From an uncultured Pseudanabaenaceae cyanobacterium (GTDB taxonomy: Bacteria > Cyanobacteriota > Cyanobacteriia > PCC-9006 > JAAUQQ01): a stretch of 64,000 nucleotides of DNA. A program made the translations under genes and the position numbers. Where the stretch lies: contig CALIJJ010000030.1 in assembly GCA_938017515.1 (NCBI GenBank), forward strand, positions 6,360-70,359, written 5' to 3'. Every line of letters begins with the position of its first letter. The first letter of the stretch is position 1. Shown one piece after another: positions 39,345 through 49,302 of this stretch. The notes under the pieces are model-generated. The model saw only the letters and a program-made list of their open reading frames with translations, searched no databases and had not been told where the DNA came from.

Positions 39345-40997
39345 CTAGGCGATGCGTCCCTCTGCAAAGCCGCTCTGGATAAAGTGCTGCCTAGCAGCAG
39401 CCAGATTGTTGCCAAAGGCGGCTTGCAAGTCAGAGTATCGATTGAGATAGGCTGCTTCATCGAAGCTATCCGAAGCTCGCTGCTCGCTGGCTCCAAACTG
39501 GATGTAGTGCTGAGTCGCAGCGGCGGGATTATATCCAAAGATGCGTATCAAATCCCCATGGGAGGCGAGGTAATCTTCGGCGCTAAAGGTGACTGTGCGA
39601 CCTTCATTAAAGCCGGATTGTAGGTAGTGTTGACGCCCAGCGTCGGGATTGTAACCAAAGACCTGTTGCAGATCCCTGTAGGAGGCGATGTAGGCACCGG
39701 GGTCAAAGCCCGTGAGCTGGTCGCGACCCTCTCGAAAGCCGAATTCGATGTAGTGGCGGGTTGCTGCCGCTAAATCTTGACCAAAGACCTGTTGCAGGTC
39801 TGTGTAGGCAGAGAGATAGATGGCAGGGTTGAACAGATTGGTGGCACGTCCTTCCCCGAGACCAGACTGGATATAGTGTTGAGTCGCGGCGGCCAGGTTG
39901 TAGCCAAAGGCATTGATGAGATCACCATTGGAGGCGATGTACAAATCCTCAGCAAAGCTATCTTTGCTGCGCTGTTCATTGCGACCAAACTGCCGATAGT
40001 GATCGCGGGCAGCAGTGGGGTTGTAGCCAAAGGCTTGGGTGAGGTCGGGGTTGGACGCCAGGTAGTTATCGGGGTCAAAGGTTTCGACGCCAACGACAAA
40101 GCTGTCATCAACAAAGGCACCCTGGAGATTTGTGGCTCGTACCGTGATGGTGGTTGAACCCGTTGCATTCGGAGCGTAGTCGAGTTCGAGCTGATTGTTG
40201 GTAATGGTCGGCGTAAGGAGACTTGGATTACTGTTGCCGATGACCGAAAAGGTTAGCTCCGGCTGCTGCGTTACTGTAATGCTGCGATAGCGGACAAAGT
40301 CTTCGTCTCCATTAATGGAGCCGTCGGTGGGAATAAAGGGTAGGTTGTCGAAGGCCGATTGTTGGAACGCTTCGACGCCATTGCTGACCTTGGGGAGGGC
40401 GGCGATCGCATCCACCGTATTCAAATCAGCTTCAGAAATAACCTCCCCAAAAACTGTAAATCCACCATTCTGATTGTCTAAACTGTTTGGATTATTGGGG
40501 TCGTTGTTGTCTGCCAGATTGAAGAACCATTGGTTCGTGGCACTGTCTGGATCACCCCCGAGCTTTGCATAGGCGAGTGTTCCTCGGGTGTTGGAGCGAA
40601 CCAGGTTGAATTCATTGTCCACGGGCAAATTGGCCGGGACGCGAGTGACTGAATCCGGTGCACTTTGGGTCGCTAAGCCATCCAAGACAAAGCCACCACC
40701 CTGTACGACAAATCCACTGACTGAACGGTGAATAATACTGTTGATGTAGTCGCCGTCGTTGGCATAATCGATAAAGTTCTGAACGCTCTGGGGGGCACCA
40801 AAGCCGGGTTGATCGTAAAGGACAACGTTGGTGACACCGCCGCTACCAATCGTGGTGTCATAGAGTTCGAACCGTGCGACCTGCCCCGTGGTGTAGGGGT
40901 CATCAAAAACGGTGGAGAGATTGATGATGGTATTGGCATCGTTGACAAGTGCTGCTTGATCGGCGAGGGGTTGGGTAACAATCGTCGTTGATGGCAT
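39345..40997 (-). CDS. cyclophilin-type peptidyl-prolyl isomerase domain protein with C-terminal tandem 36-aa repeats
   Basis: The N-terminal region matches cyclophilin motifs (HRSVSGFVVQGGGF, GTLAYAKLGGDPDSATNQWFFNL, GGFTVFGEVI). The C-terminal 260 aa contain at least six repeats of DLxxxFGYNxAAAxQHYIQSGFxEGR. There is no obvious signal peptide. Confidence 0.7.
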   Translation of the reverse strand: MPSTTIVTQPLADQAALVNDANTIINLSTVFDDPYTTGQVARFELYDTTIGSGGVTNVVLYDQPGFGAPQSVQNFIDYANDGDYINSIIHRSVSGFVVQGGGFVLDGLATQSAPDSVTRVPANLPVDNEFNLVRSNTRGTLAYAKLGGDPDSATNQWFFNLADNNDPNNPNSLDNQNGGFTVFGEVISEADLNTVDAIAALPKVSNGVEAFQQSAFDNLPFIPTDGSINGDEDFVRYRSITVTQQPELTFSVIGNSNPSLLTPTITNNQLELDYAPNATGSTTITVRATNLQGAFVDDSFVVGVETFDPDNYLASNPDLTQAFGYNPTAARDHYRQFGRNEQRSKDSFAEDLYIASNGDLINAFGYNLAAATQHYIQSGLGEGRATNLFNPAIYLSAYTDLQQVFGQDLAAATRHYIEFGFREGRDQLTGFDPGAYIASYRDLQQVFGYNPDAGRQHYLQSGFNEGRTVTFSAEDYLASHGDLIRIFGYNPAAATQHYIQFGASEQRASDSFDEAAYLNRYSDLQAAFGNNLAAARQHFIQSGFAEGRIA

Positions 40998-41135
40998 GAT
41001 TCGTTTGTCCTCCTTAATCTGGTGTTGATGGGCTGCTGCGGATTCGCCCGCCGGTTTGTGCTCGGCTTAGGTGCTTTGACCCTAGATGCTTTGACCCACA
41101 GTGCCAGGGCGAAGTGCCCAGGCTCCCCTTCGATG

Positions 41136-42017
41136 TTACTGAGACTTATTGATACGCTCCAGGTTGAACTTACCCATTAAGAGCCGATCGAGTAGCGGAG
41201 TGGGTAGCCAGCGGCGTAGAAGCGTTAGTTGAAGGCTCTTTTTGCCGATACGAATTTGGCTAGGAGGCTGATTTCGGCTCAGTAGATTTACGAGCTGAGC
41301 TGCGAAGTCTTCGGTGGAGGTGGCATCTACTTGGGAGGCATTAGCGCGATTTTGGATACTGCTTTCGAGGCTGTGGTAGCGCGAAGTTGAGGTCAGGAAT
41401 CGATGGACGACTTGGCTTGCGGTATTGCCAAATTGAGAGGCGATCGCCCCAGGCTGCACCGTAACCACCCGCAGGCCAAAGGGGGCAAGTTCCAGACGCC
41501 AGGCGTCAGATAGGGCATGGACTGCGGCCTTGCTGGCGCAGTAGGCTCCGGCAAAGGGGGTCACGAAAATCCCGGAGACGCTGCCGATGTTGGCGATGGT
41601 GCCACTGCCCCGCTCGATCATGCTGGGGGCCACGGCCTGGATCAGGGCATTGATGGCAAAGACATTGGTTTCAAACTGTTGGCGCAGTTCGTCGATGGGG
41701 ATATCGAGGAGTGGTCCCATGAGGCCGTAGCCAGCATTGTTGATCAGCAAGTCGATGGAGCCGGACTGTTGAAGGATGTGGGCGATCGCCGCGTTTCGGC
41801 TCTCATCATCGGTGACATCAAGTCGGATGGTATGGATACCCTGGGCTTTGAGGTCGGCCATCGCTGACAGATTCCGCGCCGTTGCCCAGACTTGGTCGCC
41901 CCGGTGATGGAAGGCCTGTGCCAGGGCTCGACCGATGCCGCTGGAGCAGCCTGTGATGAGAACGACGCGGGATTGAGACATGCTGATGGTGCCGAGAGAA
42001 GCTGTGCCAACACTCAT
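41136..42017 (-). CDS. short-chain dehydrogenase/reductase (SDR)
   Basis: TGCSSGIGRALA cofactor motif, NNAG, and catalytic YCASKAA. The probable start is the internal Met at 41981. Confidence 0.8.
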   Translation of the reverse strand: MSVGTASLGTISMSQSRVVLITGCSSGIGRALAQAFHHRGDQVWATARNLSAMADLKAQGIHTIRLDVTDDESRNAAIAHILQQSGSIDLLINNAGYGLMGPLLDIPIDELRQQFETNVFAINALIQAVAPSMIERGSGTIANIGSVSGIFVTPFAGAYCASKAAVHALSDAWRLELAPFGLRVVTVQPGAIASQFGNTASQVVHRFLTSTSRYHSLESSIQNRANASQVDATSTEDFAAQLVNLLSRNQPPSQIRIGKKSLQLTLLRRWLPTPLLDRLLMGKFNLERINKSQ

Positions 42018-42148
42018 ATTAGCGATTTCCTTCAGAGCACAGAGGACTTGCTCCTAGCGATGCTCATGACAGGAATTGGGGAGTGGAATGAGCCTCGTGT
42101 TTGATTCGGATGGGGTAAAGTTCAAAGGCACTGAGCGCGCACAAATCA

Positions 42149-43165
42149 ATGGCTGAGAAAATTCGAGTGGGATTGGTGGGGACGGGGTATGCAGCCAAGC
42201 TGCGAGCCCAGGCCTTTACAGCGGAGACGCGGGCCGAGTTGGTGGCGATCGCCGGACAGGATGCTCACCGCACCGCAGAATTCTCTGCCCCCTACGCGAC
42301 TGAGACCACAACGGATTGGCGATCGCTCGTGGCCCGTACTGACATCGATCTGGTTGTTATCTCAACACTGAACCGAGATCATGGCGCCATCACAGAAGCC
42401 GCACTCCAGGCCGGAAAGCATGTGGTGGTTGAATACCCGTTGTCCTTGGACTTGGCCCAGGCGCGATCGCTCGTCGCCCTAGCCGAAGCCAAAAAATTGC
42501 TGCTCCATGTAGAGCACATTGAACTCCTGGGGGGCTTACACAAGGCGTTGCTGGCCAACCTCCATCGAGTGGGTCATCCCCATCACGTTCGTTATGCCAC
42601 GCTTGCACCCAAGTCTCCAGCTCCTCGGCGTTGGAGTTTCAACTTCCAGGAGCTTGGCTTTCCACTCATGGGGGCATTGTCCCGCATTCACCGGCTGACC
42701 CATGCGTTTGGCCCCGTTGCCTCGGTCAGTTGTCAGGCCAAATTCTGGACCGCTGACGATGATCCGAGCTATTTCACAACTTGTCTGTGCAACGCTCAGC
42801 TCTTTTTTGAGACGGGGGTCTTGGGCTCGGTAACTTACGGTAAAGGGGAATCCCTCTGGCGGGCGGAGCGACTGATGGAAGTGGGGGGCGATCGCGGTGC
42901 TCTACGCTTTGACAAGGATCAAGGCATCTTCTGCGGTCGTGACGCAGCGGGAAACCTGGTTGAAACTCCGTTGGAGATGGGAGGACGGCGAGGTCTTTTT
43001 CAGCGAGATACGGAGATGGTCCTAGATACTCTATTTGAAGGGACACCGCTCTATGTCTCGGTGGCAGGAAGCCTCTATGCTCTGGAAGTGGCGGATGCCG
43101 CCCGGCGTGCGGCCGAGACAGGGCAGACCATTCCCCTGCCTTCCAGAGCTGACGCCCAGCTCTGA
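42149..43165 (+). CDS. bvdR: Gfo/Idh/MocA-family oxidoreductase, biliverdin reductase (BvdR)-like
   Basis: N-terminal VGLVGTGYAAKLRAQAF Rossmann motif. EYPLSL and HVEHIELLGG blocks are conserved. The C-terminal pattern resembles cyanobacterial BvdR from memory of that family. The family call is firm. The bvdR assignment is an inference. Confidence 0.55.
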   Translation: MAEKIRVGLVGTGYAAKLRAQAFTAETRAELVAIAGQDAHRTAEFSAPYATETTTDWRSLVARTDIDLVVISTLNRDHGAITEAALQAGKHVVVEYPLSLDLAQARSLVALAEAKKLLLHVEHIELLGGLHKALLANLHRVGHPHHVRYATLAPKSPAPRRWSFNFQELGFPLMGALSRIHRLTHAFGPVASVSCQAKFWTADDDPSYFTTCLCNAQLFFETGVLGSVTYGKGESLWRAERLMEVGGDRGALRFDKDQGIFCGRDAAGNLVETPLEMGGRRGLFQRDTEMVLDTLFEGTPLYVSVAGSLYALEVADAARRAAETGQTIPLPSRADAQL

Positions 43166-43211
43166 CTTTTAGAGCTGAATTCTAGGGCTAAATTCCAGAC
43201 TCGAACAAGCC

Positions 43212-43910
43212 CTAGCGGTGCACAATCACTTCGGTGCCGACTTCAATTTGCTCAAAGAGGGCTTCCACATCGGCATTTCTCATGCGTACACAACCATGGG
43301 AAACAGCCTGCCCAATGAGGGATTCGTTGGTGGTGCCATGGAAGCCAAAGGCCTCACTGCCCCGGTCGAGAAACCCAGCCCAACGATATCCCAGAGGATT
43401 ATCGGGCCCCGGTCCAACAATGGAACCGTTCCAAGGATGACGCCAGGTGGGGTTGACCACTTTCTGGTAAATCTTAAACCGACCGGTGGGGGTTTCCCAT
43501 CCCGTCTTACCGACGGCGACCGGATAGCTAACCACTTCACGCTCACCCTGGTAGAGCCGCACCCGACGTTCGGAGATGGAGAGCACTAGTCGAGGGGCTG
43601 CTTCAATGGACTCAACAGCGGTGTCCTTGGCTGTGGTGTCCTTGGCTGTGGTGTTAATGCTCCCAAGGGGAGTGCTCGATTCAGCCGTCTCTTTGACTGC
43701 GATCGCCTCCTCCTCCCTCACTTCCGTTGCAACCGCCTGGGTCGGACCGCGATCGTTTGTTTGGGAGGTTGGAGCAATAGACTCTGTTTCGCTAATGAGT
43801 CTCTGCGGCTGCTCTTGGGCCTGTGCTATGAACCCAGCTTGGCTTGTTCCTAGTACAAATAGTCCGCCTAGAAGTTGGATCGCCAGTCGTTGTGCTTTTG
43901 CCGCTCGCAT
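43212..43910 (-). CDS. L,D-transpeptidase (YkuD domain) with signal peptide
   Basis: C-terminal catalytic motif SHGCVRM. Signal peptide present. It contains an in-frame 15-bp tandem duplication that gives TAKDTTAKDT. Confidence 0.75.
   Translation of the reverse strand: MRAAKAQRLAIQLLGGLFVLGTSQAGFIAQAQEQPQRLISETESIAPTSQTNDRGPTQAVATEVREEEAIAVKETAESSTPLGSINTTAKDTTAKDTAVESIEAAPRLVLSISERRVRLYQGEREVVSYPVAVGKTGWETPTGRFKIYQKVVNPTWRHPWNGSIVGPGPDNPLGYRWAGFLDRGSEAFGFHGTTNESLIGQAVSHGCVRMRNADVEALFEQIEVGTEVIVHR
43621..43650. repeat. 15-bp in-frame tandem duplication (GTGTCCTTGGCTGTG x2) inside the L,D-transpeptidase gene
   Basis: Seen directly. Confidence 0.8.
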
Positions 43911-44568
43911 AGGAATAAGTCTAGTTTATGGCTAATATCACGAGGCCACATACAGAGCCCGCTTACAATAAGATTCCCCAAATTTTTATTCCTCAATTAC
44001 GGTAATTTTTCTTGCTGATTTAGAAAATATTTCTTTGCTCAAATAATTGATGAACTGTCCGGTGTCTAGTGAGGAAATACAATATATGGTTTTGAGATTA
44101 ATGCTCAATGATTGATTGACATGAATGGGCTAGCCTAGCTTCTCTTGAATTAAAAATATGCTTGTTAAGTCTATCCCTGATTGGCTTGCGTAAAATTTTT
44201 CTTGTGAGGGGAAGACCCGAGCTACTCCTGAAAGTATTTCTTCTTTAGAGAAATAATTAGATGATTTTTTCCTCTTTTGCTTGAAGTGATTATTTACTCA
44301 GAGTGGAGAATTTTGAAAGAATAAATGCAAACCATAAATGATTAGATTCAAAGGCCATGTCTTGATTTAATTTATGAATTAAATGTGACTAAAAACTATA
44401 AGTTAAGTGATTTTTCTGAAGGTTTAGTGGAGTCGAAGCGGGCAACATTCATTTAGGAGCGAACGGGCCGGAATGCACTGGTTCTCGAATGGCACCTTGC
44501 TTTTAGTCTTCGAGAATGCTTCCGTTCCCTTTCTCCTTTCGTATTGATGTAGCACTGGATTTGCAAGT
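43911..44568. other. AT-rich intergenic island (about 30% GC versus about 57% background) with two degenerate direct repeats of about 70 bp
   Basis: The repeat copies are near 43995-44055 and 44190-44265 (for example TTTTTCTTGCTGATTTAGAAAATATTTCTTTGCTCAAATAATTGATGA versus TTTTTCTTGTGAGG...GAAAGTATTTCTTCTTTAGAGAAATAATTAGATGA). An 8-bp-stem hairpin sits at 44481-44515 in the 5' region of the downstream gene. Confidence 0.6.
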
Positions 44569-45252
44569 ATGAAATTCTCCGTTAAGCTTTCCGCACTGAT
44601 CGGCCTCGGTTTGAGTGCAATGATGCCCGCCGCTGCTAATGCTGCTGAGGCACTAACTCTGATTAACGGCGCTCTGCACCAGTCCGTGACCATGGATGAA
44701 CTCAACCTGCTGGTTGACGAGGGCATTTCCAAGGGTGGTCTGCACTTGGTTCTCTCCGAGAGCAACGTCGAGCCTTCTGAGGCACGTGGCTTCTTGACCC
44801 AGACCATCAACTACAACCTGTCCTCCGCTGACGCACTCTTTAACTCCGGTGCTGGTCAGGAAATGCTGGCTGATCTGTCCGAAGTGATCATGCCCCGCAG
44901 CACCGAAGATGATGCTGAGCAGGCACTGCGTGCTGCTGTGATCAACTCCTTGGTTGATGATAACTCCCTGACTCCTCTGGAGATCGTTGCTAACTATCCC
45001 GTGGATGCTCAGGTTGATGTGATTGAGCTGCGCCGCCGCAACTCTACCTATGCTGGCATTGACGAAGTGGCTTCCATGCTGAAGACCACCCAGGCCAAGT
45101 CCAAGGCTCAAATTGCTAACGAGACCCTGGGTGCTCGCTTCTCCCAGACTGAAGCACGTCGCCAAGAGCGCATGCAGGCAATGTGGGCTGGCGTGAGCGT
45201 TGGTGGCCGCGTTGCTATCGATGCTTATCAGCCCATCAATGGCATGTGGTAG
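44569..45252 (+). CDS. hypothetical secreted acidic protein
   Basis: 227 aa with a clear signal peptide (LSALIGLGLSAMMPAAANA), followed by the terminator at 45311-45347. Confidence 0.55.
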   Translation: MKFSVKLSALIGLGLSAMMPAAANAAEALTLINGALHQSVTMDELNLLVDEGISKGGLHLVLSESNVEPSEARGFLTQTINYNLSSADALFNSGAGQEMLADLSEVIMPRSTEDDAEQALRAAVINSLVDDNSLTPLEIVANYPVDAQVDVIELRRRNSTYAGIDEVASMLKTTQAKSKAQIANETLGARFSQTEARRQERMQAMWAGVSVGGRVAIDAYQPINGMW

Positions 45253-45310
45253 AAGATTGCTCTGCAATCTCACCTTGCTTCAATAATTAGGGGTTTTATT
45301 CATAGCATTT

Positions 45311-45347
45311 AGCGGTCAGATGTTGATACATCTGACCGCTTTTCTTT
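45311..45347 (+). terminator. rho-independent terminator (12-bp perfect stem AGCGGTCAGATG/CATCTGACCGCT, 6-nt loop, T-run)
   Basis: Seen directly. It lies 58 nt after the stop of the 44569-45252 gene. Confidence 0.8.
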
Positions 45348-45467
45348 GATGCTTTCTGGGGCGCGTGTTACGAACCAGCCATGATCAAACAGGCGTCGTG
45401 TGACGATTCATTTTTTGAGTCGTCTGCTTTGATGTTGCAAAATATTGCTCTTGCAACTCGCTTTTCC

Positions 45468-45956
45468 CTAGAAGGTATAACCGACACCGGCTGTGAGATC
45501 AAGATCAGCTTCATCAATGAAGGAGACGTTGACTGAGGCATTGGCAGTCCATTTCTCGGCAAAGCGATAGTCTACCCCTCCGGTGATGAGCGCACCGAAA
45601 TTGTCATCGCCATGGGTGGCAAGACGGACACCGGCACCCCCAAAGGGTAGGAGATCGGCTCCAGCGGCTTCAATGGAAGGAAAATCGTAGGTGACGGGAA
45701 CCAAGACGGTCGCGTCATCAAAGTCGTAGTCCAGGATGACGGTGGGTCTGAGGGACAGATTGGGGTTGAGGCGGGCTTTCCCGTTGATGATGAACCCTTC
45801 GTCGCTGATACCACTGCCGACGTAGTTATAGTCGTTTTGGCTGGCTTGACCATTGGGTTGGGCTTGAGCGCCAGGTGCAGTGGCGATCGCCACCAGGCTC
45901 ACAGCTAGCCCTAAACCAAACCGGGAAAGAGCGGCAGCGGGAGTCATTTTGAACAT
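45468..45956 (-). CDS. small outer-membrane beta-barrel protein (OmpW/OmpA-like 8-strand family), paralog 1
   Basis: 162 aa with a signal peptide. It has alternating beta-strand patterning and a C-terminal YTF. Confidence 0.65.
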   Translation of the reverse strand: MFKMTPAAALSRFGLGLAVSLVAIATAPGAQAQPNGQASQNDYNYVGSGISDEGFIINGKARLNPNLSLRPTVILDYDFDDATVLVPVTYDFPSIEAAGADLLPFGGAGVRLATHGDDNFGALITGGVDYRFAEKWTANASVNVSFIDEADLDLTAGVGYTF

Positions 45957-46151
45957 GATGCTCGTCTCCTGAGACGATGGGGGAATCGACGTCAGTGTGG
46001 CAGTTCTCCCCGGGGGCGTCGGGAGGGGCAGAGACCTTGTTGATTACGCTCTGTAGCCCCTTGTTTGTCTGCCCCTTTGTGGCGTGAATCGTCTCTTTAC
46101 CGCTTATCTGGATTGGACTTCACCCACGCGATGAATTAATCCGTGGCTGCT

Positions 46152-46204
46152 AGCGAAAAAAACGCAAAAAAATACCTCCTTCCCGCACATGCTGAGGAAG
46201 GAGG
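46152..46204 (-). terminator. rho-independent terminator for OMP paralog 2 (9-bp stem CCTCCTTCC/GGAAGGAGG, 12-nt loop, then two T-runs on the minus strand)
   Basis: Seen directly. It lies about 70 nt downstream of the stop at 46273. Confidence 0.75.
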
Positions 46205-46272
46205 TGAATCGAGTAGGAGGTCATTCGGAATGCGTTCCCTACTCGCCTAGATGAGGCAGATTTAAGCCAGAA

Positions 46273-46746
46273 CTAGAATGTGTAGCCAACACCTGCGACG
46301 AAGTCGATATCAGTGTCGTCAATGAACGTTAGGTTGATGGAACCATTCGCGGTCCAGCGCTCGGTGAAACGATAGTCAGCCCCCCCCGTGAGCAGCAGAC
46401 CGAAGTCAGTGTCGTCGCCGCCTGTGGAAACGCGTGCACCAATACCACCAAAGGGCAGCAGGTCAGCATCGCCCACTTCAAAGGCAGGAGCATCGTAGGT
46501 GACGGGGATCAAGAAAGTGGCGTTATCGAAGTCGTAGTCCACGATAGCTGCGGGACGTAAAGATAGGGAGCGGGTGACGCGAGCTTTACCGTTGATGACA
46601 AAGCCTTCGTCGCTGATGCCGCCGCCGACATAGTTGTAGTCATTGTAGGACTGGGCTTGGGCTGTGCCTGCGGAGGTGGCGATCGCCACCAAGCTGCCAC
46701 CCAGAACCAGACCGCTCAAAACCAGACCGTTGCGTAAGTTAAACAC
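46273..46746 (-). CDS. small outer-membrane beta-barrel protein, paralog 2 (tandem duplicate)
   Basis: 157 aa that aligns with paralog 1 over its full length at roughly 70% identity, by eye. C-terminal YTF. Confidence 0.65.
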   Translation of the reverse strand: MFNLRNGLVLSGLVLGGSLVAIATSAGTAQAQSYNDYNYVGGGISDEGFVINGKARVTRSLSLRPAAIVDYDFDNATFLIPVTYDAPAFEVGDADLLPFGGIGARVSTGGDDTDFGLLLTGGADYRFTERWTANGSINLTFIDDTDIDFVAGVGYTF

Positions 46747-47062
46747 CGTTCATCTCTCCTCAAATACTAAATCGCGGTCAACATGACCGATAGATTGTCT
46801 AGTGACCACATCGCACCGGACAATATCACACCAAACTGCTGAAACGCTAGCAGCCATTACACCGTATGGGTGTCTCAGGCTTGTGTAGCGTTCACATCCC
46901 TGTTCACATCTCTACAATGGCAGAATTTTTAGTGCTCGTAGAAAGATGGTGTGACAGTTCTAAAAGCGATAAAACCGTCTCGAAATTTTTCCTAAAAATG
47001 GGCCCTCACCATTGGCCTTAAAAACTGGCCCTAAAAACTGGCCCGATTTGGAGGGGACAGTA

Positions 47063-48226
47063 TTAGGTGTAAACCTTGCTGTAATACGCTTGGTATTCCT
47101 CAGATAGCAGCGGTTGCCACCAATCTCGGTGGCTGAGATACCACGCCACGGTTTTTTGCAGTCCTGTTTCCAGCGTTTCCTCCGGTTCCCAGTTCAAATC
47201 CCGCTGAATCTTGGTGGCATCAATGGCATAGCGGCGATCGTGGCCGGGACGATCCTTCACAAATTGAATCAGCTCCTGGGGAGAGGCGACCGGCAATTCC
47301 CAGCCAAACGTGGGTGCCATATCCTGGACCAGATCGCAGAGTGTCTGGACCAAATCTAAATTCTTGACTTCGTTATTGCCGCCAACGTTGTAGGTCTCGC
47401 CGGGGGCTCCGGCGGTCATGACGCGATCGATGGCGCGGCAGTGGTCTTCTACGTAGAGCCAGTCACGTATATTCTGACCATCCCCATAGACCGGTAAAGG
47501 TTTCCCCAACAACATATTGATGATCATCAATGGAATCAGCTTTTCCGGGAAGTGGAAGGGACCATAGTTGTTGGAGCAATTGGTGATCAGTGTGGGGAGG
47601 CCATAGGTATGGAAGTAGGCGCGTACCAGGTGGTCGCTGCCCGCTTTTGAGGCTGAGTAGGGGCTGTTCGGAGCGAAGGGGGTTGTTTCGCTGAAACCTG
47701 GGTCGTCCGGGGCAAGGCTGCCGTAGACTTCGTCGGTGGAGACGTGAAGAAAACGGTAGTCGCTGGGTTGCTCCTGGGTGAGCCAGTGTTGGCGAAATTG
47801 TTCGAGGAGCGTGAATGTGCCGACGACGTTGGTCTGAATAAAAGCACCGGGGCCGAGGATGGAGCGATCGACGTGGGACTCAGCCGCAAAGTGGGCGACG
47901 GTGTCAATGGATTCAGATTTCAGCAGCGCCGCCACCTGGTCTGCATCGCAAATGTCGCCTTGGACAAAGATTAGATTGGGATTTCCGTCTAGGGTCGCTA
48001 GGTTGCTGCGGTTACCGGCGTAGGTGAGGGCATCAAGCACAATGACGCGATCGCCGGGGTGTGCCGCACACCAATGGTGGACAAAATTCGAGCCAATAAA
48101 CCCAGCTCCGCCAGTGATCAGAATGCAGCGTTGGGGGGCATCGGGCGAAGATGGGCGGCTAGAGGATGCAGTGGTCAAATCAGATCTCCCGGAACTCAAA
48201 CTCAAAAACTCAAAAGGGAACGCCAA
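47063..48226 (-). CDS. rfbB: dTDP-glucose 4,6-dehydratase
   Basis: Extended-SDR motifs ([23 protein letters not shown]) and the RfbB-specific C-terminal pattern ([20 protein letters not shown]). It has a 30-aa N-terminal extension, and its start abuts the prmA stop. Confidence 0.85.
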   Translation of the reverse strand: MAFPFEFLSLSSGRSDLTTASSSRPSSPDAPQRCILITGGAGFIGSNFVHHWCAAHPGDRVIVLDALTYAGNRSNLATLDGNPNLIFVQGDICDADQVAALLKSESIDTVAHFAAESHVDRSILGPGAFIQTNVVGTFTLLEQFRQHWLTQEQPSDYRFLHVSTDEVYGSLAPDDPGFSETTPFAPNSPYSASKAGSDHLVRAYFHTYGLPTLITNCSNNYGPFHFPEKLIPLMIINMLLGKPLPVYGDGQNIRDWLYVEDHCRAIDRVMTAGAPGETYNVGGNNEVKNLDLVQTLCDLVQDMAPTFGWELPVASPQELIQFVKDRPGHDRRYAIDATKIQRDLNWEPEETLETGLQKTVAWYLSHRDWWQPLLSEEYQAYYSKVYT

Positions 48227-49204
48227 CTAGTTCCGTCGAATATTAAAGCAGCACCACTCCTTCCGTTTCCAGAGCGTTGCTACAATCCAGCCCTCTTGTT
48301 CCAGCAGATCGGCCACCATTTTGGCTTGGCTGGTCAAAATCCCGCTCAAAATCCCCCAGGTGTGGGGTTTGGCCACAGCGGAAAAGGTGGGAATCATATC
48401 CACAATGATTTCGGCCAGAATATTGCAGACAATGCCGTCGAGTACGACGCCTGCGTTGTCTAGATCCTTAAGGCGTTCGGCGCTGGCACAGTCCGTCGAA
48501 ATTTGGGATTCCGTAATCTGGTTGAGGTCGCGATTGTCCCCTGTGGACTTGACGGCGAGGGGATCATTGTCCATGGCGTAGACCCGGTGGGCCCCCAACA
48601 TAATGCCCCCAATGGACAAAATGCCAGAGCCGCAGCCGACGTCGGCGAGGGTGAGTCGTTGGTCTGCCTTGAGTTCGGAGAGACGCATCTCTAAAGATTC
48701 GAGGCAAAGCTGGGTGGTGGGATGGGCTCCGGTGCCAAAGGCGGCACCGGGGTCCAGTTTGAGGATGAGGCGATCGGTGGCGGGGGGGTCAATCCAGGCC
48801 GGACAAATGAGGAAGCGATCGCCGATGGTCTCGGGTTGCCAGTGTTGTTTCCAGCTACTGGACCAGTCCTCCTCATCAATCCGTTTCCAGGAAACCTGGG
48901 GGGCGGGTTGTTCTACAGCAATGGCATCTTGCTGAAGCCAGACGGCCAAGGCACCGAGGTCCAAAATCTGTACCTGATCTTGAGGGACATAACCCCGCAC
49001 TCGACGCGTTGCGTCATGGGTCGGAGCATTCGTTTTGGAATGACCCGTCTCCTCCGGCGGTGTTTTGGTCCAAGCAGCTCCCTGAAAGGCTCCCTTGGCC
49101 TCACTCGCAAAGCCCCGACAGCCGAATTTCTCCAGCCGCACGGAGACAATGTCCTCCAGCATGGGCTCACAGAGCACTTCAATTTCCCACCAACCCTGTG
49201 CCAT
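48227..49204 (-). CDS. prmA: ribosomal protein L11 methyltransferase
   Basis: N-terminus MxxWWEIEV. SAM-binding motif [15 protein letters not shown] and the PrmA pattern DNDPLAV. Confidence 0.8.
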   Translation of the reverse strand: MAQGWWEIEVLCEPMLEDIVSVRLEKFGCRGFASEAKGAFQGAAWTKTPPEETGHSKTNAPTHDATRRVRGYVPQDQVQILDLGALAVWLQQDAIAVEQPAPQVSWKRIDEEDWSSSWKQHWQPETIGDRFLICPAWIDPPATDRLILKLDPGAAFGTGAHPTTQLCLESLEMRLSELKADQRLTLADVGCGSGILSIGGIMLGAHRVYAMDNDPLAVKSTGDNRDLNQITESQISTDCASAERLKDLDNAGVVLDGIVCNILAEIIVDMIPTFSAVAKPHTWGILSGILTSQAKMVADLLEQEGWIVATLWKRKEWCCFNIRRN

Positions 49205-49228
49205 TGCTGATCCCCTGATTTTCCTAGT

Positions 49229-49275
49229 TTGTTTTTGGGTTTGTTTCTGGGTTTATCTCTGGGCTTATCTCTGGG
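49229..49275. repeat. short tandem repeat (CTGGGTTTATCT-like, about 12 bp x3-4) in the serA-prmA intergenic region
   Basis: Seen directly. Confidence 0.6.
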
Positions 49276-49302
49276 GGTACCCCGGGCCTACAGCTCGATG
49301 CC

